Assembly: GCA_964537895.1 (NCBI GenBank)
Contig: CAZIDK010000001.1
Span: forward strand, 233,338 to 289,593
DNA: 56,256 nt
Reading direction: 5' to 3'
DNA from: an uncultured Gammaproteobacteria bacterium
Lineage (GTDB): Bacteria > Patescibacteriota > Microgenomatia > Levybacterales > UBA12049
Within the stretch, counting starts at the first letter, position 1; every line of letters starts with the position of its first letter. Below the pieces are notes generated by a model. It saw only the letters and a list, made by a program, of their open reading frames with translations. It did not search any database and was not told the DNA's origin. Shown here in pieces: positions 1 through 9,060 of this stretch. The position numbers were made by a program, and so were the translations under genes.

Positions 1-1509
1 GCCGGTAAGTTTGATTATGAAGTTTTTGGCAAAGACGTTAAAGTTGCAATGAGATTTTTAGACAATGTTATTGACGATACTTATTATTTCTACAAAGAAA
101 ACGAAAAAGTCGCCAAAGACATCAGAAGGACCGGTCTTGGAATTTTGGGCCTGGCTGATGCTTTAATAAAAATGAAAGTTAAATACGGTTCCGAAGAATC
201 TTTAAAAGTTATTGACAAAATCTTCAAAACTCTAAGAGATAATGCCTATATTGCTTCATCGGATATCGCAGCTGAAAAAGGAAGTTTCCCAAAATATAAT
301 AAAGACAAATATCAAAAGGGATGGCATATTAAAAAATTACCCGAGGAAATAAGGAAAAGAATTGCCAAACAGGGAATAAGAAATGCCGTACTTTTAACAG
401 TTGCTCCTACAGGAACAACCTCACTTATCTCGGGAGTTTCATCGGGAATAGAGCCTGTTTACGAATTTGAATTTGTAAGAAACGACAGGCTTGGAAAACA
501 CATAATGCACCATCCTTTATTTGAAGAATGGAAAAAAGCAAATCCAGGCAAAACAAAACCGGATTACTTTGTTTCGGCAAATGATTTAACTCCGGAAGAA
601 CACGTTAAAGTTCAGGCAATTGCCCAAGATTACGTTGATTCTTCAATTTCCAAAACAGTTAATGCTCCCAAAACACACACGGTTGAGGACGTAAAAAATC
701 TTTATATGCTCTCATACGATGCGGGTCTTAAAGGCGTTACTTACATGAGAGACGGTTCCCGTCAGGGAGTTTTAGAAAGGATAGATGATAAATCTGCCTC
801 CGCCAAGGTTCCCGAAGGACAAGTAACTTCTCAAATTCCAACTTCATTACCTGTAATTCCAAGGCCCATGATGGTAGAAGGAGTTACTTATCAAACCGAA
901 ACGCCTGTTGGCAAAACTTATATCACCATAAACCACGATTTTAATAAAGAGCCTTTTGAAGTATTTATAACGGTTGGAAAATCAGGCTCCGATGTTGCGG
1001 CAATGGCGGATGCTTTGGGGCGGATGATTTCTCTTAATCTTCGCTTAAACGGTCAGCTTTCTTCAAGAGAAAGAATAAGGCAAGTAGTTGCCCAGCTTAT
1101 AGGTATTGGCGGAGCAAGAAGTGTTGGTTTTGGAGAAAACAAAGTCCGTTCTTTGCCTGATGCAATTGCTAAAGTTTTATCAAAACATTTTGAATTTAGA
1201 ATAAACGGCATTGTTGAAGATAAACCCAAGAATGGAACAAACGGCAACGGAATTGATCATAAAAATAGCACGGTAAATGGTCTTTCCAACGGCCGCGTAG
1301 AGCTGACTGCCGACGGAGTCCAGAAAAAACAAACAGATGAAATAGTTAAACTTGAACAGCTAACTCTTCAAACACAAGAAGGTTCTATGGTAGCAGGAGA
1401 AGGTTCGGCAACAGGACTTTATGATATCTGCCCCGAATGCGGCGGAGCAAGCCTTGCCTACGAAGAAGGCTGTAAAAAATGCTACGCTTGCGGTTACTCG
1501 GAATGTTAG
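1..1509 (+). CDS. nrdJ: Class II (AdoCbl-dependent) ribonucleotide reductase, C-terminal part with TSCPD-like domain and C-terminal Zn ribbon; 5' truncated by window edge
   Basis: TVAPTGTTS..SSGIEP, DSSISKTVN, GLKGVTYMRDGSR motifs; C-terminal CPECG..EEGCKKCYACGYSEC; frame open from base 1; next to a cobalamin adenosyltransferase. Confidence 0.93.
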   Translation, partial: AGKFDYEVFGKDVKVAMRFLDNVIDDTYYFYKENEKVAKDIRRTGLGILGLADALIKMKVKYGSEESLKVIDKIFKTLRDNAYIASSDIAAEKGSFPKYNKDKYQKGWHIKKLPEEIRKRIAKQGIRNAVLLTVAPTGTTSLISGVSSGIEPVYEFEFVRNDRLGKHIMHHPLFEEWKKANPGKTKPDYFVSANDLTPEEHVKVQAIAQDYVDSSISKTVNAPKTHTVEDVKNLYMLSYDAGLKGVTYMRDGSRQGVLERIDDKSASAKVPEGQVTSQIPTSLPVIPRPMMVEGVTYQTETPVGKTYITINHDFNKEPFEVFITVGKSGSDVAAMADALGRMISLNLRLNGQLSSRERIRQVVAQLIGIGGARSVGFGENKVRSLPDAIAKVLSKHFEFRINGIVEDKPKNGTNGNGIDHKNSTVNGLSNGRVELTADGVQKKQTDEIVKLEQLTLQTQEGSMVAGEGSATGLYDICPECGGASLAYEEGCKKCYACGYSEC

Positions 1510-1525
1510 AGTTAATTTGCTGAGG

Positions 1526-1720
1526 TCGCATTCTTAGTTCAAAAGTTTTCGAACGCAAGCGTCCCTGCGGCCGGATTTCATCCGTCCTCGGGATACGGTC
1601 CCGCCTTGGCGGGACTCTAGCGAAAACATTTCTCATAAGAAAGCTCCCCGCAAATTATAAATTAAAAATTACCCGCCTGCCGGCAGGGCAGGGAAATTGA
1701 AAATTGGAGCGAAGCGACAT
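1526..1720. repeat. Cluster of short GC-rich palindromic elements and AAATTNN heptamers between nrdJ and pduO
   Basis: gtcccgcc-tt-ggcgggac hairpin; cccgcctgccggcagggcaggg nested inside aaattat/aaattaa/aaattac/aaattga/aaattgg heptamers. Confidence 0.65.
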
Positions 1721-2260
1721 ATGAGTGTTTATACAAGATTCGGTGACAAAGGTAAAACTTCCTTATATGGCGGGAAAACGGTTTCTAAAGGCAGCTTAAG
1801 AGTTGATGCTTACGGCAGCCTTGACGAATTAAATAGCGCAATAGGAGTTGCGCTAATCGAGATTAAAGATTCCCCAATAAGGAAAGAGTTGTTGCTTATT
1901 CAAAATGATTTATTTGAAATTGGCGCAAATCTTGCAAGTAACATGGAAAATAAAGAACTTGAAGAGTATTTTAAAAAGCGTGTTAAAGATTTTGAAAAAC
2001 AAATAGACAGTCTTTCGGAAAAACTTCCGGAGCTTATGAATTTTATACTTCCCGGAGGAGGAAAAGGAAGCTCATTTTTGCATCTGGCAAGAACTGTTTG
2101 CAGACGCTCCGAAAGAAGGGTGGCTGAACTTTCTGAAAAAGAGAGTATCAACAAAGAGACGTTGATTTATATTAACAGACTTTCGGACTTGCTTTTTACT
2201 TTCGCAAGATTTATAAATTACAAAGAAAAGAAAAAGGAAATAAAGTGGAGCATTAGATAA
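1721..2260 (+). CDS. pduO: ATP:cob(I)alamin adenosyltransferase, PduO type
   Basis: SVYTRFGDKGKT, AYGSLDELNS, LARTVCRRSERR, YINRLSDLLF; ATG 1721 preferred over TTG 1697. Confidence 0.93.
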   Translation: MSVYTRFGDKGKTSLYGGKTVSKGSLRVDAYGSLDELNSAIGVALIEIKDSPIRKELLLIQNDLFEIGANLASNMENKELEEYFKKRVKDFEKQIDSLSEKLPELMNFILPGGGKGSSFLHLARTVCRRSERRVAELSEKESINKETLIYINRLSDLLFTFARFINYKEKKKEIKWSIR

Positions 2261-2272
2261 TAGCTCTATTTT

Positions 2273-2352
2273 CGGGTGAATCCAGTGTAATTCTGGAACT
2301 GTGCCGCAACCGTAAGTCCTGAGCGTAGTCGAAGGATATAGTCGGAGCCCCG
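2273..2352 (+). ncRNA. Cobalamin riboswitch (compact), with a REP-like hairpin inserted
   Basis: GGTGAA-tccag-tgtaatt-ctgg-AACTGtgCCGCAACcgtaa...AGTCGGAG matches the B12-box core; cggg/cccg closing stem; next to B12-related genes. Confidence 0.75.
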
Positions 2353-2456
2353 TCCCCGCTAAGCGGGGTAAAAATCTTCCGAGTCCCGATGGTAGTTTCC
2401 ATTCGGGATCCCGATGACAACGATCATCGGGGCAGAAGTAAGCATATTTTTGCGTT

Positions 2457-2489
2457 ACTCCTCTTGGAAGAAACCAGAGGAGTTTTTTT
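2457..2489 (+). terminator. Intrinsic terminator / RBS-sequestering hairpin immediately before ATG 2490
   Basis: actcctcttgg-aagaaa-ccagaggagt followed by a T7 run; 3' arm contains GAGGAG. Confidence 0.7.
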
Positions 2490-3827
2490 ATGGCTGAAAG
2501 ATTAAGACCAAGCATGATTCAATTTTCTGAGCGAAGACCTTACTCGGTTGATGGATCACTAGCTTTGGATGTACGCCCATCGTATTACCCATTACCCGGT
2601 CAAGAAAGTAACGTTATATTCTTAGAGCGGCAACAAAAGAGCCTGCTTCAAGAGCAAATAGACTATTTCGGCCAAAATTATAGGAGAGAAGAGCTTCCCC
2701 GCGATTGGTGGAATATAAATGACATTGGTTTTAGTATGAAATCACAGATGAGGCTTTTAGCAGAAACAGGCGATGTAAATCAGGTAGAAAGAGACTTGCG
2801 CGGTTTTGCCCTTGAGTATTTAAGACAAGGAACGGTGTTTCCATTTGAATACGAAATAGTAGACGGAGAACTTGTAGATAGGAAATACGGAAACAGAAGA
2901 TTGCTTGATACGGTCGATCCCAACGAAAGAGGCGGAGCAGTTAAGGAATCTCTTTCAAAAATACAAGAGTATTTGGTGGGCGGAGAAGATGGAGAAATGG
3001 CTATTATGGTAAGCCCTCCTGGCTGGACAGGTCTTGCGATGGATAATGGAGAAAAGATTGTATATGAGGATACTCAAACATTCTACTTGCAGAAAGTGGG
3101 AGATAGGGTTTTGGGGGCAGGTCTTAGAACGGATTTTGACTTAAACCAGGTAAAACAACTAATTAAACAATTAACAGGGCAAGAGCTTCCTGCTTCGGCA
3201 AGCGTTATTGATTGTGTCAAGGTTATTTCAACAATAAATCCAAACACAGATGGCGTAGGAAGCGCTAGTGATTTAGTTAGAATTTTGCAAAAAGTAAAAA
3301 AAGAGTCAAGGCCTGGTGAAGCAAGTTTTGCATACCAAGATAAAACTTGGGAAGACATGGAGCGAGATATCAGCAGACGGCAAGAGCTTTATGAATTTGA
3401 TGAAAGAACAGGAGAAATAATTAATGATTTTAGAGAGTATGTTCTTTCAGGTAATCGCACCCAGCTTGAGATACAAAAAGCATTGGCTGCAACTTTTCTT
3501 ATACTTTCCAGATACTTTTTGGTTGATAAAAAAATACAGTACGGCGAAATACATACAGAAACTTACGCTAGGGATATAGCTGCAATGCGCGTAATGACTT
3601 ACGGTCAGGTTGTTGAAGAAGTTCAAAAGCTTCCCGGATGCGCGGGAGGAGGTAGCAGTGCAACGTCAGTGACCTCAATTACGGAAAGGTCGGCGAAAAA
3701 GTGGGATGGGGAAACTTATGATGAAGATGGGCCTTGCCGGCTTTGCGGTAAAGATGTCGTCTGTGGCCCATGCAAAGTTTGCCAGGTATGTACAGAAGCG
3801 GATAATGCAAAGCGCCTGGCGGCATAA
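2490..3827 (+). CDS. Hypothetical protein with Cys-rich (Zn-binding) C-terminus
   Basis: 445-aa ORF; CRLC..CGPCKVCQVC at C-terminus; no family recognised. Confidence 0.75.
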   Translation: MAERLRPSMIQFSERRPYSVDGSLALDVRPSYYPLPGQESNVIFLERQQKSLLQEQIDYFGQNYRREELPRDWWNINDIGFSMKSQMRLLAETGDVNQVERDLRGFALEYLRQGTVFPFEYEIVDGELVDRKYGNRRLLDTVDPNERGGAVKESLSKIQEYLVGGEDGEMAIMVSPPGWTGLAMDNGEKIVYEDTQTFYLQKVGDRVLGAGLRTDFDLNQVKQLIKQLTGQELPASASVIDCVKVISTINPNTDGVGSASDLVRILQKVKKESRPGEASFAYQDKTWEDMERDISRRQELYEFDERTGEIINDFREYVLSGNRTQLEIQKALAATFLILSRYFLVDKKIQYGEIHTETYARDIAAMRVMTYGQVVEEVQKLPGCAGGGSSATSVTSITERSAKKWDGETYDEDGPCRLCGKDVVCGPCKVCQVCTEADNAKRLAA

Positions 3828-3829
3828 CT

Positions 3830-3982
3830 ATGGATACTCAATTAAATAAAGCTCAAGAAGATTGCGAAGTTTGCTTTAAAATTAAATGTACAAATTGCGG
3901 TTGGGAGCCGGACGAAAAAGAATTACCAAAAGTTCTTTCGGGCAGTCTTACGAATTGCCCTGACTGTGGCTTTGCAAAATAA
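3830..3982 (+). CDS. Small Zn-finger-like protein (50 aa), not in ORF track
   Basis: MDTQLNKAQEDCEVCFKIKCTNCGWEPDEKELPKVLSGSLTNCPDCGFAK; three CxxC; starts 2 nt after upstream stop. Confidence 0.65.
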   Translation: MDTQLNKAQEDCEVCFKIKCTNCGWEPDEKELPKVLSGSLTNCPDCGFAK

Positions 3983-4042
3983 CCGTTTATAACCTTAAAC
4001 TTCATTGCCGTTCACAGCGAATTCGTGTTATGATTATTGTGT

Positions 4043-4450
4043 ATGGATGATAATTCTCAAAAACAAAATCAAAGCGATAATCAGGTTCAACAGCCCCTAA
4101 ATCCCGTAAGCACCCCGCAAAAAGAGGTTGAGATGGCTCCTGTTAGTGATTATCTTGCGCCTTCCGCCGAAATAGAATCAATTATAAAGGATAAGGAAGT
4201 TACGGATGCGGGAGTTAAAGAAGTTGGTCAAGCGCCAAAGCTTACACAAGAGCATTTTAAAACCGGAATCAAGCACGCGGCCGAAAGCACACCGGTTCCA
4301 AGAGAGCCAACCGGGCAAGTAAAGCTTCCGATGTCTCAAGATCAGGTACAGCAGCAAGCCAAAGGAAGCACAACAGATGCTGCTACTTGGCTGGCAAACT
4401 TTATCTTAAGACTTTTTAAAAAAATGCGACTTAGCAGCACCGGTTCTTAA
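4043..4450 (+). CDS. Hypothetical protein, Q/P-rich with amphipathic C-terminal helix
   Basis: ORF abutting the VirD4-like gene; ATG 4043 just downstream of TGTTATGAT -10-like box. Confidence 0.7.
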   Translation: MDDNSQKQNQSDNQVQQPLNPVSTPQKEVEMAPVSDYLAPSAEIESIIKDKEVTDAGVKEVGQAPKLTQEHFKTGIKHAAESTPVPREPTGQVKLPMSQDQVQQQAKGSTTDAATWLANFILRLFKKMRLSSTGS

Positions 4451-4453
4451 AAT

Positions 4454-6826
4454 ATGCTTTTACAAGCTTTTTCTCTAAAAAATTTAATGTCTTTTTTTAC
4501 CTCCCTTATAGCGGGGTTTTTTATTACGGCTATTTTAGTTTTGCTTGGGGTTTTATTTTCTTATATTTTTGTTCTTTGGTATAGAAACAGAGATAGAGAA
4601 AAAGAGTCGTTGGAATCCACCCTTTTGCAAGTTACCCTTCCTAGGGATAACGAAATAAAAATTGATGCCGCAGAACAGCTTTTTGCAAGCCTTGGCTCGA
4701 TGCGAAAAGGCGGAAGGTTGTCTTTTTCAAAACTTCAGCCTCATCTTTCTTTTGAAATTGTCGGCATGCCCGGAGATATCCGTTTTTATGTTAACACCCC
4801 CAATAAATTTAAAGACCTGGTCGAAAAGCAAATAAACGGAGCTTATCCTGATGCGGATATTAAAGTAGTCGACGAAAAAACTCAAAAAGCCGGTTATGTT
4901 TTAGGCAATGAATATAATATTTTTTCCGATAGTGCAAAAGTTGCTTTTGCAAGTCTAAGGCTTAAAAGCTCAAACTATCTGCCGATAAAAGTTTTTAAAG
5001 ATTTGCCAACCGATCCTCTGTCTTCAATTACTTCGATTTTGGCAAAAATGACCTTGGGCGAAGGTGCGGCAATTCAGGTTTTAATAAGTCCTGCGGATTC
5101 AAAATGGAAAAAACTGGGCAGAGGATATATTGCCAGAACAAAAAAGAATGAGTCAAATCCCGAAACCGCAAAATATGCGGCCGACCCCAAAGAGCTTGAG
5201 GGAATAGAAAATAAAATAGGTAAGCCGGGATTTAATGTGGTTGTAAGAATCGTTGTTTCTTCAAGTTCTATCGAAGCCGCACAAGCACATCTTGGCAATA
5301 TAGTCAGTGCTTTTTCCCAATTTGACGGAGCAAATTCATTCACCAAAAACAAACATCGGTTTAAGGGAATGTTTATGACGGATTTTATTTACAGGTTTAC
5401 GCCAATGAGAGGGCAAACGTCGGTTTTAACCAGCGAAGAATTGGCAACTGTTTTCCACTTCCCCAATAAAAGCGTTTCAACACCTCATATTTTTTGGATT
5501 TCTTCCAAAAGAGCTCCGGCCCCCGCTCAAATTCCGGACAGCGGGCTTTATTTGGGAATGAGTACTTTCAGAGGACTTAGTAAGCCCGTTTATATGCAAA
5601 GGGATGATAGAAGAAGACATATGTATGTAATTGGAAAAACCGGTGTCGGGAAATCGGAATTCCTCAAGGATATGATTTTACAGGATATTAAAAACGGGGA
5701 AGGGGTTTGTTTTATAGACCCTCACGACACAATAGATAAACTGCTGCCGCTTATTCCGCCGGAGCGAGCCGAGGACGTAATTCTTTTTGACCCTTCCGAT
5801 ACCGATAGACCAATGGGTTTAAATATGCTTGAAGCAAATACCGAGTCGGAAAAACACTACGTTGTTTCATCAATTGTCGGTCTTATGTACAAACTTTACG
5901 ACCCTAATAAAACAGGTATTATCGGACCCCGCTTTGAGCATGCAATAAGAAACGCCATGTTAACCGTAATGTATGAAAAAGGCAGTACTTTTGTCGAAGT
6001 CGTAAGAGCCTTAACAGATGCAACTTTTGTCCAGGAACTGCTGCCAAAAGTAGAAGATCCAATTATCAGACGTTACTGGACAGACCAGATTGCGCAAACT
6101 TCAGATTTTCACAAGTCCGAAGTTTTAGACTACATTGTTTCAAAATTCGGCCGTTTTGTTACCAATAAAATGATGAGAAACATCATCGGCCAGTCAGAGT
6201 CGGCTTTTGATTTTCGAAAAGTTATGGACGAAGGAAAAATTCTTCTTGTTTCTCTTTCCAAAGGAAAAATAGGAGAGGAAAATGCCAGTTTCCTGGGTTT
6301 AATTCTGGTTCCAAAGATTTTGGTTGCGGCAATGAGCAGGCAAGACATTCCCGAAGAGAAAAGACGGGACTTTTTCCTGTACGTTGACGAGTTCCAGAAT
6401 TTCGCCACTCCTGATTTTGCTCAAATACTGTCGGAAGCAAGAAAATACAGGCTTGATTTAATAGTTGCCAATCAGTTTATCGGCCAAATGGACGAAGAGG
6501 TTAAAAACGCAATTTTTGGAAATGTCGGAACTTTGGCTTCTTTTAGGGTAGGAGTAACGGATGCAAACTATCTTGCGCATGAGTTCCAGCCGACTTTTAC
6601 GGAAGCCGATTTAATCAATGTAGATGTCTACAATACGTATGTTAAAACAATAGTGCATAATGAACCGGTTACGCCTTTTTCTATGGATTTAACCCGCGAT
6701 ATGAGTAAAGAAAAAGACGTTGCCAATCCAAGGGTAGCAGAGTTAATAAGAGAACTTTCAAGGCTAAAATACGGTAAAGATATGCGAACGATAGAAGGAG
6801 AAATTGCTCAGAGAGCACGGCTCTAG
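4454..6826 (+). CDS. VirD4/TrwB/TraG-like (HerA/FtsK-superfamily) membrane-anchored ATPase
   Basis: N-terminal TM; DRRRHMYVIGKTGVGKS Walker A; IDPH; LYVDEFQNF Walker B; LSEARKY..ANQ. Confidence 0.88.
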   Translation: MLLQAFSLKNLMSFFTSLIAGFFITAILVLLGVLFSYIFVLWYRNRDREKESLESTLLQVTLPRDNEIKIDAAEQLFASLGSMRKGGRLSFSKLQPHLSFEIVGMPGDIRFYVNTPNKFKDLVEKQINGAYPDADIKVVDEKTQKAGYVLGNEYNIFSDSAKVAFASLRLKSSNYLPIKVFKDLPTDPLSSITSILAKMTLGEGAAIQVLISPADSKWKKLGRGYIARTKKNESNPETAKYAADPKELEGIENKIGKPGFNVVVRIVVSSSSIEAAQAHLGNIVSAFSQFDGANSFTKNKHRFKGMFMTDFIYRFTPMRGQTSVLTSEELATVFHFPNKSVSTPHIFWISSKRAPAPAQIPDSGLYLGMSTFRGLSKPVYMQRDDRRRHMYVIGKTGVGKSEFLKDMILQDIKNGEGVCFIDPHDTIDKLLPLIPPERAEDVILFDPSDTDRPMGLNMLEANTESEKHYVVSSIVGLMYKLYDPNKTGIIGPRFEHAIRNAMLTVMYEKGSTFVEVVRALTDATFVQELLPKVEDPIIRRYWTDQIAQTSDFHKSEVLDYIVSKFGRFVTNKMMRNIIGQSESAFDFRKVMDEGKILLVSLSKGKIGEENASFLGLILVPKILVAAMSRQDIPEEKRRDFFLYVDEFQNFATPDFAQILSEARKYRLDLIVANQFIGQMDEEVKNAIFGNVGTLASFRVGVTDANYLAHEFQPTFTEADLINVDVYNTYVKTIVHNEPVTPFSMDLTRDMSKEKDVANPRVAELIRELSRLKYGKDMRTIEGEIAQRARL

Positions 6827-6895
6827 TTGACAACCTCAATTAAAACTCGTACTATATAAATATAAACACAGAATATTAGTTTCAGCGTTCGATTT

Positions 6896-7588
6896 ATGGC
6901 AAGAGTTATTGATAGGCAAAGGGCAACTGAATTAAGAAAGCAAGGCAAAACTTATGGTCAAATAAGTAAGGAGCTGGGAATTACTAAGAGCACACTTTCA
7001 GACTGGCTGGGTAATTATTCTCTTTCAGAAAAGCAACTTGATTTATTAAAGCTTAACAAAGAATACGCTAGGCAAGTAGCCGCAGAAAAGAACAGGATTA
7101 CAAAACAGAAAAAACATGAGAAAAGATTAAATGATGTTTATCAAAAAGAAAAAAAGAGATGGAAATTATTAACAAAAAGAGAGTTAGAGCTCGCAGGAAT
7201 ATTTTTATATTGGGGAGAGGGAGCAAAGCGCACGAATGGTCCAATATCTCTTAACAATACAGATCCGCAAGTTCTTAAATTTACCTTATATTGGTTGACA
7301 CATGCATTAGAAATTCCTAAGGAGGGAATACAAGTTTTTTTACATCTTTATAATGATATGGATGTTAAAAAGGAAATGGAGTATTGGAGTGAAGAATTAA
7401 AAATGCCATTAAAGCAATTTGCAAAACCCTTTATTAAAGAAAGTTCAAGAGTAGATATAACACATAAAGGTTTTGGGCATGGAACATGTGGCTTACGAGT
7501 AAGTAATATTTTGCAAAAAGAAAAACTTATGATGGCAATAAAAGCGATTTCTGATTATTATGTGTTAAAGCTTGAGGCTGTGATATAA
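6896..7588 (+). CDS. HTH + LAGLIDADG-like domain protein (YWGEG family) upstream of tRNA-Ile
   Basis: N-terminal HTH (GKTYGQISKELGITKSTLSDW); LAGIFLYWGEG and NTDP motifs; paralogous to 10123-10812. Confidence 0.75.
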   Translation: MARVIDRQRATELRKQGKTYGQISKELGITKSTLSDWLGNYSLSEKQLDLLKLNKEYARQVAAEKNRITKQKKHEKRLNDVYQKEKKRWKLLTKRELELAGIFLYWGEGAKRTNGPISLNNTDPQVLKFTLYWLTHALEIPKEGIQVFLHLYNDMDVKKEMEYWSEELKMPLKQFAKPFIKESSRVDITHKGFGHGTCGLRVSNILQKEKLMMAIKAISDYYVLKLEAVI

Positions 7589-7600
7589 TTATCAAAATTT

Positions 7601-7672
7601 GGGACCGTAACTCAGTGGTAGAGTGACATCCTTATAAGATGTAAGTCGATGGTTCGAATCCATCCGGTCCCA
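7601..7672 (+). tRNA. tRNA-Ile, anticodon UAU
   Basis: Cloverleaf GGGACCG/CGGTCCC; ACATC-CT TAT AA-GATGT; GATGG-TTCGAAT-CCATC; no encoded CCA. Confidence 0.92.
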
Positions 7673-7725
7673 CAGGTATATTAGAAAGCCCAAGCAGACG
7701 CACCGCGTCAAACGCGGCTTTGCTT

Positions 7726-8592
7726 TTACAGTTCGGAAAGCGCGGCGCCTTCTTTGCTTTTCCCAACTTCTCCAACGTATTGAAGATATCTTTCGGTTGT
7801 TGAAAGTCTTTTGTGTCCCAAAACTTTAGACAAAACAATCAGCGAAACACCGTGTTTTAAGTGGTGGGCAACAAAAGTGTGTCTCAAATCGTTAACCTTT
7901 GCCCCTTTTATTTCTGCTAAGCGGAAATATCTTTCAACAGCCGTTCTAATATTTCTTATCAAAAACGGCTTGCCGGATTTTGTTATGAATAAATGATCTT
8001 CTTTAACGCTTGGCCTAATGTTCATGTATCTGCTCAAAGCTTCCCGGGCGCTTTTGTTAAGGGGAACAATTCTGTCTTCGTGTTTTTCAAAAGGAGCAAT
8101 GTGCAAGCTGTCTTTTGTAATGTCCGAAAGCCTTAAGTTGGAAAGCTCGCCGATTCTAATGCCTGTTTGTAAAAGCAGTTCTATAATCGCAAACATTCTC
8201 GGGTCGTTTTTTGCGGCGTCTCTTAATGCCCTATATTCTGTTGGAGTTAAGATTCGCGGGGGTGCCAGCTGATATTTAGGATGGGATACCAAGAGGGAGG
8301 GGTCGTCCGTAACGTATTCGTTTACTTTTAAAAATCGGTAAAAGGTTCTGGTTGAATTTATTTTTCTGGAAATTGATTTAGGCGTATAGTTATCCTTGCT
8401 CATTTTGGCAAGAAAAGCTTCGATGTCTTCTTTAGACACCTCGTGAACCTGGTTTCTCTGCAGTTCTTCCAAGAACGAAAGAAGCTGATCAACGTCTTTT
8501 CCGTACGCAATTACAGTAGAGTTTGATCTATTATTTTCTTTTAAGTATTTTTTAAATTCTTCGTGGGCATCGCGAAGCTTAATTGGCTTCAT
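7726..8592 (-). CDS. XerC/XerD-like tyrosine recombinase
   Basis: SAM-like N-domain; LLQTGIRIGEL, NDLRHTF, LGH..LSTTERY. Confidence 0.88.
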   Translation of the reverse strand: MKPIKLRDAHEEFKKYLKENNRSNSTVIAYGKDVDQLLSFLEELQRNQVHEVSKEDIEAFLAKMSKDNYTPKSISRKINSTRTFYRFLKVNEYVTDDPSLLVSHPKYQLAPPRILTPTEYRALRDAAKNDPRMFAIIELLLQTGIRIGELSNLRLSDITKDSLHIAPFEKHEDRIVPLNKSAREALSRYMNIRPSVKEDHLFITKSGKPFLIRNIRTAVERYFRLAEIKGAKVNDLRHTFVAHHLKHGVSLIVLSKVLGHKRLSTTERYLQYVGEVGKSKEGAALSEL

Positions 8593-8608
8593 ATTTCAAT
8601 TCCTTCAA

Positions 8609-8637
8609 TATGACCCTGAGCTTGTCGAAGGGTCATA
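8609..8637. repeat. REP-like palindrome (CCCTGAGC-NN-GTCGAAGGG family)
   Basis: tatgaccctgagcttgtcgaagggtcata; related copies at 2316, 33248, 36975, 37406, 39331. Confidence 0.8.
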
Positions 8638-8724
8638 GTGTCCTATAATATCACTAATTTATACTATAGTCAAGGTCAAGAATTTAGGAACTTTTAAAAT
8701 ATGCTAGTATATCTAAGGATAGAT

Positions 8725-9060
8725 ATGGCAAAAAAAGCAATTTTTATAGTTGTTGTAATCGTTTTTCTTATTATTATTAATAACCTTGTCCGTTCCATTT
8801 ACGATATTTGGAGTAAGCAAGATTTATTGAACCAGGCTCAAAAAGAATTGACTAGAAAAGAGCAGAGAAACCAAAAGCTAAGAGCGGAACTTTCTTATGT
8901 CCAAACACCTAAATTTATCGAAGAAGAGGCAAGAAACAAGCTTTTTTTAGTAAAACCGGGGGAACAAAAAGTTTTAATTCCAAATAAAGTTTTGGAAACC
9001 CAGAAAAAACAAGAAAAAGATACTCCTAACTGGCAAAAGTGGCTTAAGCTGTTCTTTTAA
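8725..9060 (+). CDS. Septum formation initiator (FtsB/DivIC family)
   Basis: Single TM, coiled coil, FIEEEARNKLFLVKPGE motif; start 8725 or 8701. Confidence 0.85.
   Translation: MAKKAIFIVVVIVFLIIINNLVRSIYDIWSKQDLLNQAQKELTRKEQRNQKLRAELSYVQTPKFIEEEARNKLFLVKPGEQKVLIPNKVLETQKKQEKDTPNWQKWLKLFF

Noticed and set aside
1385-2515. Minus-strand ORFs 1385-1636 and 2072-2515, and similar antisense ORFs across the window (e.g. 7632-7838, 9835-10074, 44900-45403)
   Set aside because: They are shadows of real genes, tRNAs or GC-rich palindromes, with no protein motifs.
4454-6826. Conjugative element centred on the VirD4-like gene
   Set aside because: No relaxase, VirB4 or mating-pore genes nearby, and it lies outside the att-bounded island; treated as chromosomal.
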